Of a stretch of 64,000 bases of DNA, positions 20,861 to 32,524 are shown in pieces. Where the stretch lies: positions 744,001-808,000 of the forward strand of contig JANHCV010000015.1 of the NCBI GenBank assembly GCA_025594325.1, read 5' to 3'. This DNA is from Blastocladiella emersonii ATCC 22665 (lineage: Eukaryota > Fungi > Blastocladiomycota). Under the pieces are notes generated by a model that searched no databases, was not told the origin of the DNA, and worked only from the letters and a program-made list of their open reading frames with translations. The position numbers and the translations under genes are program-made. Numbering within the stretch: the stretch's first letter is position 1; every line of letters starts with the position of its first letter.

Positions 20861-23332
20861 ATGTCGCGCCGGTGGTACGGCACGTTCGAGTCCGAGACGC
20901 AGGCGCTCGCGCACCGCTTCGGCCCCGCGAAGGAGCCAATTGCGCCTCATCGAGCGGTCCTCGTCCAGGACAGGTTTGTATCCTGGCAGTACCGCAAGGA
21001 GAAGGGCCGCAAGGAGCACTCGATCAAGTGGCGTCCCTGCTGTCGCCGCTGCGGCGACTGGCACCTACGCGCGCCCAGCTACTGCCCGTCGCACACGATC
21101 TGCGAGTCGTCGGCGCCAGCAGCTGCGGCCAACAAGGACGCGCGCGGTGCCTCCGACACGCGCAACGAGCAGGACCAGCGGCTCGCTGTGCGCAAGGCCG
21201 TCCGCATCCTCAACGGGAACCCGCACCGCGTCACGGACCTGTCGTACCCGCCCACCGAGCTCGGCTTCGACATCCCGCGTTTCCTCACGGCCAAGCGCGT
21301 CTTCAAGAAGGCGCCGCCCGCCCGCCTCGACCTCGGCCCCGCTGCCGTCCCGCGCATGGTCAGCGCCGACCAGCAGCGCGCCATCTCCGACCTCAAGCTG
21401 ACCGCCGAGCAGGCCGCCGCCGTCCTCAAGGTGCTCGCCGCCGACGCGCTCGTCGTCTCGGATCCCACGACCAGCGCCGCGCCACCCGTTGTGCCTCCCC
21501 TCCCTGCGCCCGCCGCCGAGTCGACCGCGACCACCCCGCTCGACCAGATCCTCGCCCTGTTTGCGCGGTGCCGCAAGCCCGGTACAGCGCTCAACCAGTT
21601 TGTCGGCCGCGCCATGGCCAGGTGGGACGCCGAGGAAGACGACGGTGACGAGTGGGAGCTCAAGGACGTCGACGACCGTGACGACGAGACCGCGACCGCG
21701 ACCGCGACGCTCGAGGTGCCGCCGCTCGCTGGCGTCACGTCGCGCGGCGGCAAGTCCCGCAAGGGCGCCCGCACCACGTCCGCTCGCCGCGACCACGGCG
21801 CCGCGCGCGAGGGCCACCGCCCGAAGCTGTCGATGCTCGCGCTGCTGCGGCCGGCGGGCCCGTACCCGATCCTGCCGCCCGAGCGCATGTACGCGCGCGT
21901 CACCGACAGCCCGAGGGATGCGCGCACGCGGGGCGCGTTCTACGACGTGGACGGCGTGCTGTGCCGCCTGATTTACCCGAACTTTGTTCGGTATTGCTGG
22001 CGCCACGTCCGCGTCGGCAGTAACTGCGGCGCGTGCGGCGGGAAGAACGAGTGCCGCCATGGGAAGATTCGCCGATTCTGCAGCGACCCTACGTGCGGCG
22101 GCGGGCAGTCGCTGTGCCAGGAGCACGGCAAGGACAAGTACAATTGCGCGCTCTGCCGCGGCGCCCCGATCTGCCGTAACCACGGCAACGGCTGCGACCG
22201 TGGTGGGCACGAGGCCTTTGACTGGTACTGCGGCTGGTGCTTCCGCAAGACCGACAAGGTGCGCGCCGGTCGCGCGTGGCGCGGGGCCAAGGAGCGCTTC
22301 GTCGCGAGCGCCGTGTACCGCCACGTCGCCGCCCGCTACCCGGGCATGGTCGTCATCCACGACGAGCCCGTCGAGCGCGGCCGCTGCATCCGTCGGCCCG
22401 ACCTCCTGTTCCTCGCCGACCGCTTCCGCCTCATCGTCGAGATTGATGAGCACGCGCACAACGCCTACGACCAGGAGGACGAGATGTTGCGGGTGCTCGA
22501 GATCCAGGACGCGCTCGGCCTGCCCACCATCGTGCTGCGCATCAACGTCGACGGGTTCCGCCGCGCCAGCGGCGAGTCGGTCAAGTCGCCCTTCCACTCG
22601 CGCGACCTCGACGCGCACGGCCTGCCGATCCTGCGCGAGGGCAGCGCGGCCGCGGCCGACTGGAGCGCACGCATCGAGCGGCTGCTCGCGCGCATCGACG
22701 CGATCCTCACCGCCAACGCCCCGCACGACTCGGTCACGGTCGAGTGGTTGAACTACGACGGCGACTGCGGGCGCGGTCGCGGTCGGCTGTTTGTCCTGCA
22801 CGACGACGACTCGGTCTCGCTCGGCGCCCCGGGTTCCCTGCAGCTCACCAAGTTCGTCGCGTCGTCGGGCAACAAGTATCCGACCGCCTCGTGCCCCGAC
22901 CAGGCCAAGCTCGATCAGGAGGACGACGAGCTCGAGTACCAGGGCGACGACGAGGAGGAGGAGGAGGAGGACTACGACGGCGTCACGTCGGGCTCGTCGC
23001 AGGTGGGCTACGAGGACGAGGACGAGCTCGAGTCGGCCATCTCGCTCGCGGGCTACTACGGCGGCGACGACGACGACGAAGAGGAGGAGGACACGGACGC
23101 GGACCAGTACGAGCTCGAGATGGTCGAGTCCAAGGAGGTGGACGAGATCGACGTGGCCAAGTCGTTGTCGGCGGCGGCGGTCGGGTCGCGCGGCATCAAG
23201 CGGTCCGCGTCCGACGCCGTGGCGGATGGCGGCGACGAGGACGCGCCGCACCGGCCCGCTAAGCGCGTGCTGACGCGGGCGGCCCAGAAGCGACAGCAGC
23301 AGCAGCAGCAGCAGCAGCAGGCCGAGGAGTAG
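20861..23332 (+). CDS. Cys/His-repeat protein with a Vsr/DUF559-like PD-(D/E)xK endonuclease of NCLDV type and an acidic/polyQ tail
   Basis: Intronless 823-aa ORF. CxHGK..C..CGG.S.C.HG repeats, then YCGWCF...KERFV...RRPDLLF...LIVEIDEHAH..Y..EDE..RVLEI..ALG.PTIVLRINVDGF...DW..RIERL...VEWLNYD, colinear with giant-virus 'restriction endonuclease' proteins as I recall them. Confidence 0.8.
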   Translation: MSRRWYGTFESETQALAHRFGPAKEPIAPHRAVLVQDRFVSWQYRKEKGRKEHSIKWRPCCRRCGDWHLRAPSYCPSHTICESSAPAAAANKDARGASDTRNEQDQRLAVRKAVRILNGNPHRVTDLSYPPTELGFDIPRFLTAKRVFKKAPPARLDLGPAAVPRMVSADQQRAISDLKLTAEQAAAVLKVLAADALVVSDPTTSAAPPVVPPLPAPAAESTATTPLDQILALFARCRKPGTALNQFVGRAMARWDAEEDDGDEWELKDVDDRDDETATATATLEVPPLAGVTSRGGKSRKGARTTSARRDHGAAREGHRPKLSMLALLRPAGPYPILPPERMYARVTDSPRDARTRGAFYDVDGVLCRLIYPNFVRYCWRHVRVGSNCGACGGKNECRHGKIRRFCSDPTCGGGQSLCQEHGKDKYNCALCRGAPICRNHGNGCDRGGHEAFDWYCGWCFRKTDKVRAGRAWRGAKERFVASAVYRHVAARYPGMVVIHDEPVERGRCIRRPDLLFLADRFRLIVEIDEHAHNAYDQEDEMLRVLEIQDALGLPTIVLRINVDGFRRASGESVKSPFHSRDLDAHGLPILREGSAAAADWSARIERLLARIDAILTANAPHDSVTVEWLNYDGDCGRGRGRLFVLHDDDSVSLGAPGSLQLTKFVASSGNKYPTASCPDQAKLDQEDDELEYQGDDEEEEEEDYDGVTSGSSQVGYEDEDELESAISLAGYYGGDDDDEEEEDTDADQYELEMVESKEVDEIDVAKSLSAAAVGSRGIKRSASDAVADGGDEDAPHRPAKRVLTRAAQKRQQQQQQQQQAEE

Positions 23333-23950
23333 GGCGCCGACGGTACGTTGGCCGTGGCGCCGTAGTCGTTCGTGGTCGACCTGGGTCGCCACAAGAGTCC
23401 AAGTTTTCTTTTGGTTTTCGTTTTCGTTTTCGTTCGTTTCCATTTTTGTTTCCCTTTGACATTTACGGCGCCCGCTCGCTGTTTGGAGGCCGGGGAGTGG
23501 GCACGACCGCTGGGAGGGGTGGGCCCAGTGGAATAGCATGCATGTATTCTGTTCCCGAACACCCCCGCATGGACTTGATCTCTCAGCCGAGTTTTTGAAC
23601 CACGTGTGTGGCGCAACGCGTCACTCTCTACTCTCGCGAAATTGCCCGAGTAGTTGGGGACTCTCGTGACTCTCACGAAAATTGTCCAGACAGTTCGGTT
23701 CGCAGCAGTAGTGCTTTGGCGTTGAACTCAACGAGGTTGGTCCGTTCGCTGTTGCGGGGCCAAGTGAGTTGTTGCTCCCTTGCGAGTCGGATTGAGGGCA
23801 GACCGAGCGAGCAAAAGGTTCAAAACGACAACAGGGAGCATACATTGCAATCTGGAAAAGAGATACGAGCTAGAAGAGGGAGATGGGAAAGAAGCGATGC
23901 AAAGGCAAAAGGGTGATGCGGAACGACAGCGACGGGCTCGCGCGAGTCGC

Positions 23951-26900
23951 TTAGCAGAAGCCGACGAGGTGGCCGAGCCAGTACACGCACGAGAAGAAGA
24001 AGCGGATGACCGAGAAGATCAGGACCGCGATGAACAGGCCGAACAGGTAGTCCTGCGTGAACTTGGTCGCGCCCGTGATGCCAAAGGTAGCGGGGGAGAG
24101 CACGGCGCCAGCGAGCAGGCCGTTGACGCCGACCCAGATCATGAGCCAGAGCGTGCGGAACTTCTTGAAGTTGTCCTCCTTGTTGTCCTCCTCCTCGTTC
24201 TCCTCGTCGGGCTTGCGCATCTCGGTGACGAGCGCGTTGAAGCGCTGCTCGGTAGCCGAGAAGAAGTCGTTGGCGGCGCGCAGTGGGACCGCCGCGAGCT
24301 CGTCGGTCGGGACGCCGCCAGAACCGCCGCCGCCGCCCGCCGCACCGTGGCCAGCGTCAGAAGCTCCCTTGGTACCCCAGCTTAGGTCTGGAACGCCCAA
24401 TAATATGTTGGTGAGGTTGGGGGAGGTCGGGGGAGGTCGCGGGAGGTCGCGGTAGGTCGGGGAGGCGGCCGGAAGTCGAGGTGAGCCGGAGTGAGTCGAT
24501 GCGCCACGAACGTCGAGGAGACATGAAGGGCAAACGTTGTCGTCGTCGTTAGTGATGTTTCGTGAGGTGTGGTGAGGTGTGGAGGTGTGGGGGAGGTGAG
24601 GGAGGGGTGAGGTGGTCAAGTCCGGGCGGAGTGACTCGACGATCGATCGCGATCAGAGTGACGTCACAGATCAGCACGTACCGGAGATGTTGCAGAAGGC
24701 GTAGATCTGCAGCACGTTGACGTAGGTCGGGGTCAGGAGCGAGTACTGGATGAGGTTGAAGATCGGGTGGTACCACTCGAGGTACAGGAGCGACGACACG
24801 AGGTACACGCCGTACGTGGCGACCAGCGAGAAGAGCGTGAGCGCGACCTTGTTCTCGTCGAGGCGGGCAAAGGCGTTGAGCGAGTTGAGGCCGCGGAGCT
24901 GCGCGAGCTCGGGTTTTTCGATCTCGAATTGCGCCATTGTCGAGAGCACGATGATGGCGAGCATGGTGATGGCGACGATGGCGAACAGGACGATCACCAT
25001 GTGGAAGACGTGGCGGGCCGACTGCGGGCGGTTGCCGAGCGAGGCGATGAACGTGATGCACAGGGCGAGGACGTAGAGCGGGCGCAGGATGAGGAGGAAC
25101 GAGGACACGGCCGTGTAGGTGCCCGGGTGGTTGGTGCGCGACGGGATCGACTTGAGGTACACCGAGTTCGGGTTCTCCATGAGCAGGATGAAGCCCGAGA
25201 CCAGAGTGTGAAAGGCGATGTAGAACGAAGAGAGTGCCAAAAACGCGAAGAGGAAGTTGATAAAGTTGTAGAGCAGCTCGAGGAGGAAACCGATCTTGCG
25301 GAAGATCGAGTGGCCCGAGGAGAAGACGCGCTTGAAGTTTCCGATGGCGTACAGCGAGGCGAACGTCGAGCCGTTGAGCCAGCGGCGGCGCTGCGAGATG
25401 AACTCGGGGAAGTTGTCGGGGGCGTCGGTGATGGCCAGCGAGTTCTTCTCGTACCGCAGGATCCAGTCCTTGTTGTCGGCCATGGCGATCTCGAAGCACA
25501 GGATGCTGCGGGCGGTGGCGAGGAGGGTGGCGAGAGTGGAAGGGGGAGTCGCGAGGGTCAGCGATCGAACGGGCGCGGGGCGCGGCGGGCGCGCGCATCC
25601 GACACGAGGAGCGGCACGCGGAGCGACACGAGGAGCGACACGCGGCGCGACACGAGGAGCGACACGAGAGAGGGGCGTACCGGTCCTCGGCGAGGTACAT
25701 GTTGCCAGCAAAGATGTCAGACGAGTCGTGGAGCTTCTCGCCGATAAAGTACTTCTTGAGCGGCTCGCCGCGCAGGGCCTCGTAGCGGTAGGCCGAAAAC
25801 GCGCCGGGAAGTACGCCGATAAAACCGGCGACGCTTTCCAAAGGCTTGTCGAGGATGTTGCTCATTTTGTACTCGAAATTCTGCGCAGCGATGATCGGGT
25901 TGAGCAGCGACCAGAAGTTGCCCTCGACGGCGATCTCGCCGCACGCGCCGCCGACCTGCTTGTTGAGGAACACGCGCCAGAGGCGGTACAGCGAGAGCGG
26001 CTGCGGCTTGGTGCCGACGTCGAGCAGCAGGCACACGTCGGGCTTGAGCGACTCGGCGACGGCCGAGAAGAACCAGCGGTGCGAGTTGATCTTCTTGGCG
26101 TTCTTCTCCTTGAGGATGAAGAGCAGCTGGAGCGGGACGACGCCCTTGGTGCTGCTCTTGCCGGTCACGAGCTTGGTGCCGTCCTCGGGCGTGCCCTCGA
26201 AGCTCGTCTCGACCGTCGCCTCGAAGATGTGCGCCTGGACCTCGCGCTCGCCGACGCGGGTGCGCATGAGGCCCTCCTGGTAGCAGCCCATGAGGCCGAT
26301 GAGCGCGAGCGTGTCCTTGTTGATCTTGGAACGCCCGTCCGAGATGATGGAAATTACGACCTTGCGCCAGCCGTCCGGACCCCAGTTCTTCTCGTCCTGC
26401 TTCATCATGTCCTTCAAGTTGCTCGCAATACCTTGAAGGGTCTTGATAAACAGCCGGGGCCCTTCCTTGACAATTTTTGATGGAGCTAGCGTTAGTTTTG
26501 CCCGAAAACGGCGAGATCGGCGCGCGGAAGTGCGGGGAAGCGGGGCCAAACCCGAGCGAGTGGCCGGGGGGCCGGAAGGGCGAGGCAGAGGGCCGGGGAA
26601 TCGAGGCAACAATCAGGCAGACGAGGCAGAAGGTCGCGAAAGCGAGGAGGGGGGCGAGGAAAACGAGGTTAAAGTGAGAGACGCACGTTGTACATGGTCA
26701 CGACGATCAGGAGGTCGGTCGTGCGGCCGGTCTGGCGCAGCGAGTAGCCCTTCTCGACGAAGCGGTTGGGGCCCGTCGTGCACGCCGTGTAGCGGAGCTT
26801 CTTGAAATCGTGCTCCTGGTGCGTGAACTGCGACGTGAGCTGCGACGGGATGTCGACCTCGACGATGAGCGACGAGCCCGACAGCGTCTGCTGGATGTTG

Positions 26901-27091
26901 CCGGCGGTGCCGGCAGCCGCGCCAGAGTCGACACGGTGCATGCCGGGCGCGTACGGCGTGTCGACGGTCAAACCGTCGGCGCCGTAGTACGTGTTGCCCT
27001 GCGCGTGCATGTCGATGCCGGGAGCCGCGGGCATGGCCATGGAGCCCGGCTGCTGCTGCATGCCGGAGACGGGGGCGTACTGGTACGACAT
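23951..27091 (-). CDS. CHS: Chitin synthase, division 1 (class I-III); exons 27091-26687, 26465-25681, 25505-24682, 24387-23951 (2451 nt)
   Basis: Splicing at GT-AG sites restores TMYN|E, LAEDR|ILCFE and CNIS|DLSWGTKG. Also [32 protein letters not shown] and a transmembrane region. Total exon length is divisible by 3. Confidence 0.97.
24418..24466. repeat. About 10-bp G-rich tandem repeat (GGGAGGTCGC-like) in the last chitin synthase intron
   Basis: ggggaggtcgggggaggtcgcgggaggtcgcggtaggtcggggagg. Confidence 0.7.
25601..25668. repeat. 12-bp tandem repeat (GACACGAGGAGC, about 5.7 units, alternating variants) in chitin synthase intron 2
   Basis: Read directly from the sequence. Confidence 0.9.
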
Positions 27092-29389
27092 GGCCGCGGG
27101 TGGTGGGGGAGAGGGGGGATCTGCAAGAGGTCGGGAGGTGGCGCGAGCGCGCGTGCACGACGGTGCGACGGGCCGTCGAGGGTGTCTAGACGCTGGTTGG
27201 TGTGCCGCTACGGGTCGCGTCGACAGGTGGCATGTGAGTTGCAAGAAGTAAGAGTGGCGAGGGGGAAGGTGGAGGAAACGCTCGCCCGCCCGCCGGCCGG
27301 CCAACCACACACCGCGGCGTCACGCCGTCGCAAACCGCCACCGTCGAGCACCGTCGATCCCTCCCGCGCCGGTTTCGACCGTGGGAGACACCCCGTGTCG
27401 CAAGGACAGCAAGGTTTCCGAGAAGGCCGGGGTGAACAGGGACGCCACCACCACCACCGCTGCCGGCACGAAAGCCGTTCTTAGCCCCCGTTGGACGGCG
27501 ACGCCAGGAACAGCGCAGTGACCAGCGGCATCCATGAGGCACATGGGAGCTGTTTGGCGTCCACCCGGGAGGCAGAAGACGGCCGTGGTCGCGCTCGGCG
27601 ACGGGTGGCGGCCGCGGGACTGTATCGCTCGGCGGGCGGTAATAGCGACGCTGCGACGGTGGCCGCGGTGGCGGCGACGAAACTGGCGGCGGCAGCGAGC
27701 CTTACGCTCATATGAGGCAGGGAGACGGTGTTGCTAGACGAGCGCGAGGAGGTCGGCGGCGACCGCCGACTTCGTAGTGCCGTACCAAGGGTCTGCCACA
27801 ACTGTTCCGGTCGACGTCGTATGCGCTAACCGATGAGCAGCGAGCGAGGACGAGGTCTGAGGAGCGGTTCCACAAAGTGCGACTAGGAGGGGAGAGAGGA
27901 ACTCTTACGAGACTGCGGCGGCGGGCACCTCCCCTCGCTCGCTCGCACGCACACGAGCGCACCCCTTCAGCCCTTGTTTTGGCTTTCACCGCCGCCGCTT
28001 CATTTGGAAGCACGCCGGCCGCTTCGCTTTCCTTCCGTTTCGCAGCGTCACCAAGCTGAACACATTCACTCGGTTCTCCATGCAGACGGCGGACCGCTGG
28101 CCGCTTCGGTGGGCGACGTCTCCCACCGCCGCCCCTGCAAGGCTACGCCCGAGGCTTTCGTTGCCATGCTCGGCCATGCTCCAGCGAGAACAATTTGCTC
28201 ACCGACAGGGGAACTAGCTTCTGGGCAAAGGGGATCGCGATGGACGTCGCGTCATGCCGTCGACTCCCGTAGCAACCGCACACCTGATTCCACCTGGGCT
28301 GGCGCGCTGGTGGGCGTGTGGCGCAGCCGCTTTCACTTCCCCTCGTCCTTCGCGAAATAGTGGCAGTCCTTGATGCGACGCTACAGAAGAATATCGATGC
28401 TGAAGACCGCATTGATGCAAGGTTGATGACATGAGGCCAATGAGGCGAGGGAAGCGCTGCAAGGTGCGTTGGAGCCGGACTCGAAGCGATTGTGGCGCGC
28501 GACGCGCCCCGAAGGAGTTGTTCGACGCTGATAGCGAGTGCATCGACGGATTGCTTGACGATCTGAACTAAATTTTACGTCAAGCACCGGTAAGACCGCG
28601 CCACGCGGGTTGATTGAGGGGCGCCGCCATCAAGAATGCGCCCGCGGCTCCGCGTGTTGGAAGTCTGCTTCGTTGCCGTCGCTCCTTGGAGCTCTGAAGT
28701 TTCCGACATGCCCTTCGAGTTCTCTTTGTGATGCGGCTCCGTCAAGTGTGTTGGGATGCGCCATTTGAGCAAGTGGCGCGCGTCCCAGTCATGTCACAGC
28801 AATGGGTTTCGCCAACCTCCTCGCCCGCCGCATCCTTACTCCGCTTCGGCTTCACCATTCTCTCGCTAATGGCTGAAAATGCTGCTGCCGTGTAAGCCGT
28901 CATCCACCTCGTGATGGACCGTCACGCGCGGCAGCGTGAAGATCGACAGCACAATTTTTTGAGGCGGCTTGGGGATGCGCATGAGCGACACGAACAGGAT
29001 GGCACGCGTATTCCTAGCGGTGCAGGAGGGGTATGGTAACGATAAGCTCCCACTGAGTGCGCGCATTTTGGTGCAGAAATCGGTCGGCCGCGGAAATCGA
29101 GACGCGACGCGTCGTGACGCGCCATCATGTGATGGCTGAGATGAGCAACGCGTCCCCTTGACCGGCTCCCTGGCGGCCACTCCTCCCCACCGTGCATGAT
29201 TTGGCTACTTACTTGGTGCAAAGTATAGCCCATCAACGCCGAAGCGCGGTAGTCTGCCGTGGTCGGCATTTCGTGCGCTTTGCGCTCGCAGCAACGATCA
29301 AGACTGCGCCACTCTTGTTGTGCAAGGTGGGTTCAAGCCACGTAGGCCGGCAGACCATGATGGACGAGTTCGCCTAGAACCCCTGCTTG

Positions 29390-30860
29390 ACTATGTGGCT
29401 CAACGCCCGCATCCAGCAAAAGTGACTACTGAGCGGCCCAGCCGCTGGGTCCCGTTTGTCACGGGCTCCACCGTCATGAATTCCTCGCCGCCAAGGACCA
29501 AATGACCCAGGCTCTCAAGTCGCTTGACAAGGACCAGGCACCCACCCTTGCCGGCAATACGACCAGTACTTGGCCTCTTTCATCCTCAACGGCGTGCGCT
29601 ACGACATTGCCGTGACCCTCGCCGCCCGCGAACTGGTCGTCCTGCGCTTCACGACTCGCACTTCGTTGTCCGCACGCGCGCCCTCCCCAACCGCGGCGTC
29701 CTCGTAACCTACGCACAGTCATTGCACGCCACGTACATTCGCATCCAACGACCGCACTGTAATGCTTGAGCAGGGGACGGACCCAACGCAGCTGCGCTCG
29801 CCGTCGCCTGGCAAGCTTGTGCGCTAGCGCATCCCCAACGCCGGCCACGTTGACGCCGACCAGGCGGTCGCCGAGATTGAAGTCATGAAGATGACCATAC
29901 CGCTTGTCGCTACCAACGCCAGCACTTTTGCGTCCAGTCGCAATCAGCCCGGCGAGATTCTCGCCGTCCTCAAGCCGTACCCGGCCGCCGAGCTGCTCGC
30001 GTTCCTCGCTACGGCTCCCGACCAGGTGGCCATCGCGCGGATTCGTGAAGTCGTCCGCAAGTACAAGGCGGGCGCCGACGCGCACGCCGTCGCCAAGCTC
30101 GACCGCCTGATCCGCCAGTTCCACGCGTCAGAGTCGCCGTTCATGCTGGGCGGCGACGCCGTCCGCGCCAAGAAGTAGGTGCTTAAGCTCTGCGCCCACA
30201 TGGAGCCCGAGGCGCTCTACTGGACGTGCTTCTCATGGTCACGCGCTGCGTGGAAGGCTGAGGCGATCAGAGTCGTCTTCGACCTCGTCGCCGCCCAGCG
30301 CTTGGTCCTCGCCCGCTCGGCCAACGTCCAGAAGCTGTACACGACCCTGCACCAGCTCGCTGAGCTTGGCGACACAGCGGCTGTTTTGGTCGCGGCCAAG
30401 GCCAAGGGCGCTCAGTCAGTTCAGCTCCGCGCTTGCGCGCTGCTCATTGTGATGCAGCTGCCCAGGTTCGACGAGCGGTACCACCATTTCTGTGACGTGA
30501 CATGGGCCGTCACGGTGCTGCCCAAGGCGTTGCCCGCCGCGCACAAGGCCATGAACCTGATCAACACGCGCTTCTTGACCTTCGACGTACTCCCCTCGCT
30601 CTTCTACAAGCACGACGTGCGTGCCCTCCACCACCTTATCGCCCTCAACATGTGCGTGCGCCGTGCCTACAACTCCTACCGCGTCCACGCCGCCAATAAG
30701 CTTGACACGGTCCCCGTCCCACTCGCCAAGTGGTACTTCTAGTTCCGTGCCGCCGTGCGCGATGCCGCCGTGCGCGATGCCGCCGTGCGCGATGCCGCCG
30801 TGCGCGATGCCGCCGAGCTCCAGCAGCACCTGCCTGCAAGCTTTGCGCTGTTCCCGCGGG
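29390..30860 (+). pseudogene. ACC1: Acetyl-CoA carboxylase relic (end of BC domain, BT, BCCP and part of the central domain)
   Basis: TMWLNARIQ.KVTTERP; DPTQLRSPSPGKLVR*; biotin motif AEIEVMKM; FDVLPSLFY...ALNMCVRRAYNSY. It has three in-frame TAG stops, frameshifts and an internal deletion. Confidence 0.9.
30748..30815. repeat. 15-bp tandem repeat TGCCGCCGTGCGCGA x4.5 inside the ACC relic
   Basis: Four perfect units plus a partial one. Confidence 0.95.
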
Positions 30861-32036
30861 TCATGGTCAATAAACTCGGCTGCACCAAGCCGTACACGCT
30901 TCGAGCCGCTGCACTGCGTCGCGTGATGGCCATGGACGCGGTGCGCGCTGTGCTAAGCAGAACAGCGTCTGAGCCAGCTCCACGAGTGCATCTGCCGCTG
31001 CATCACCAAGGTGCGCGTGCGCGGCCGCGTCGGGTCCTTGCCGCTCCGCCTTGCCCGATCCTGCGTACGTTGAACCGCTCACATCACGATGAAGATACAT
31101 TCCCAGCTCTCGTCATCATCGCCGCACTGCCAGGCTCCCGCCTCATCTGACGAGTTGACAACCACGGTTGCTCAGCGCGACCATGGCCGCGCGCTTGAGC
31201 AGCGGGCGACGCGTCTCCAGCTCTCACCCACTTTTAGATGTGTAGTACGACTGCTCGTGCGCGAGCACATGCTGGGTCTCGAGATCAGGGAGACTCGGGT
31301 GGCTTCGCTCCTCGTCGGTCGCGTTCGCGAGTCTTGGATTGAAGTGGCGGTGACCGTGGCCACGGCCATGACCATCGTCCGCGGCCACGGCCACCAACCG
31401 CGGCCACCATGCCCCACATGCTCTTTCCTGTTTCTCCCTGCTGCCGTCGCTTCACCGTCGCTCTCCGCGCCACGATCTCCATCCAGCAGCCGAACATGAT
31501 GCGTTCCGTTCATCACTTACACCAGCTCGCGCGTGTCCCGCCTCGCATCACCTCCAACATTTAACGCGGCCACCACCACGTCCTCCACCGCTTGCATGTC
31601 AGGCCTCCGTAATCGTCATGCTGATCCGACCGAGATCAGCGACAGCGCTGCGAACGCCTCGCTCCGCGTGCCGCTTGAGCCCAGCCGCGCTCTGAGTTCT
31701 CGCCATCGCGCGTTCTCACCTCTCACACCGGAACGACCTTGACCCAGATGCGCGAAAGCGTGCGACGCAGCGAGGAGCCGTTGGCACACACAAGTTCGAG
31801 GTGAACCAGAGCGAGCGAGAGATCGACGTGTATTTACTTGAGCAAGCTGATGAGGCTCAACGTGAACGACGCGACCGAGAACCATCACTCTCATCAGACC
31901 CGAACCGCGACACTCAGGACCTCACGATGACACGATGAAACAGGCAGGTTGTGTAAATGCGCGCTGGCGGACGGGGACGCTATGCCCCGAGCCACCGCAA
32001 CATCGATCGAGTGTATTCTGACCAGGAGGTCCAAAC

Positions 32037-32524
32037 TTACTGGGACTTGAAGTACTCGAGGATGATGTTGAGGGCCTCCGACTCCTCTCCCCAGTCCTTG
32101 ACGACGACGACCGAGGCGCCGACGACCTTGCGGGCGTTGCCGTCGCGGTCGATCTTGCAGAGGCCGGCCATCTCGCCGAGCTTCTTGTTGTCCTCGACCT
32201 TGATGAGGCGGATGCCGTGCTCGGCGCACAGGGCCTCGACGAGGCGCACGTACTCCTTCTCGTCGCACGACTGGGCGAGGACGCAAAGGTGGGCCTCACG
32301 GCTACGTGATCAACGGGACAGGGGTCAGCGCACCGCTCACCAAACACAAAATCACCCCAACAAAAAAAACCGTACCGGTCCAGGGCCTTGACGGCCTCAC
32401 GGATACCACGGGCCAGACCGTCGTGCTTGAGCGAGCGACGGAGGACGTCCTGGAGGGCCTCCTCCACGGTCATGGTCGACGCAACGGGGACCTCGACGGC
32501 GGCAACCTCGACAGTGTCAGCCAT
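32037..32524 (-). CDS. RPS12: 40S ribosomal protein S12 (eS12); exons 32524-32376 and 32301-32037
   Basis: [29 protein letters not shown]|REAHLCVLA...LVEALCAEH...[34 protein letters not shown]; spliced length 414 nt. Confidence 0.97.

Noticed and set aside
21065-23539. 824-aa minus-strand ORF opposite the endonuclease gene, and similar long antisense ORFs (33770-35038, 35371-37224, 43227-44756, 61669-63705)
   Set aside because: These are shadow ORFs caused by high GC3 on the real coding strand. They have no motifs and a biased Arg/Leu/Val/Gly composition.
27300-29300. Short protein-like fragments (e.g. INAVFSIDILL*RRIKDCHYF; IPKPPQKIVLSIFTLPRV)
   Set aside because: Possibly decayed genes, but no family could be recognised and the frames are short and broken.
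18486-30742. RIP-like mutation as the cause of TAA/TGA/TAG stops in pseudogenes
   Set aside because: Compatible with C-to-T changes but untestable without parent sequences, and the 550-bp duplicate shows no such transitions.
25601-30815. Short tandem arrays as CRISPR-like repeats
   Set aside because: No unique spacers, eukaryotic context, and no cas genes.
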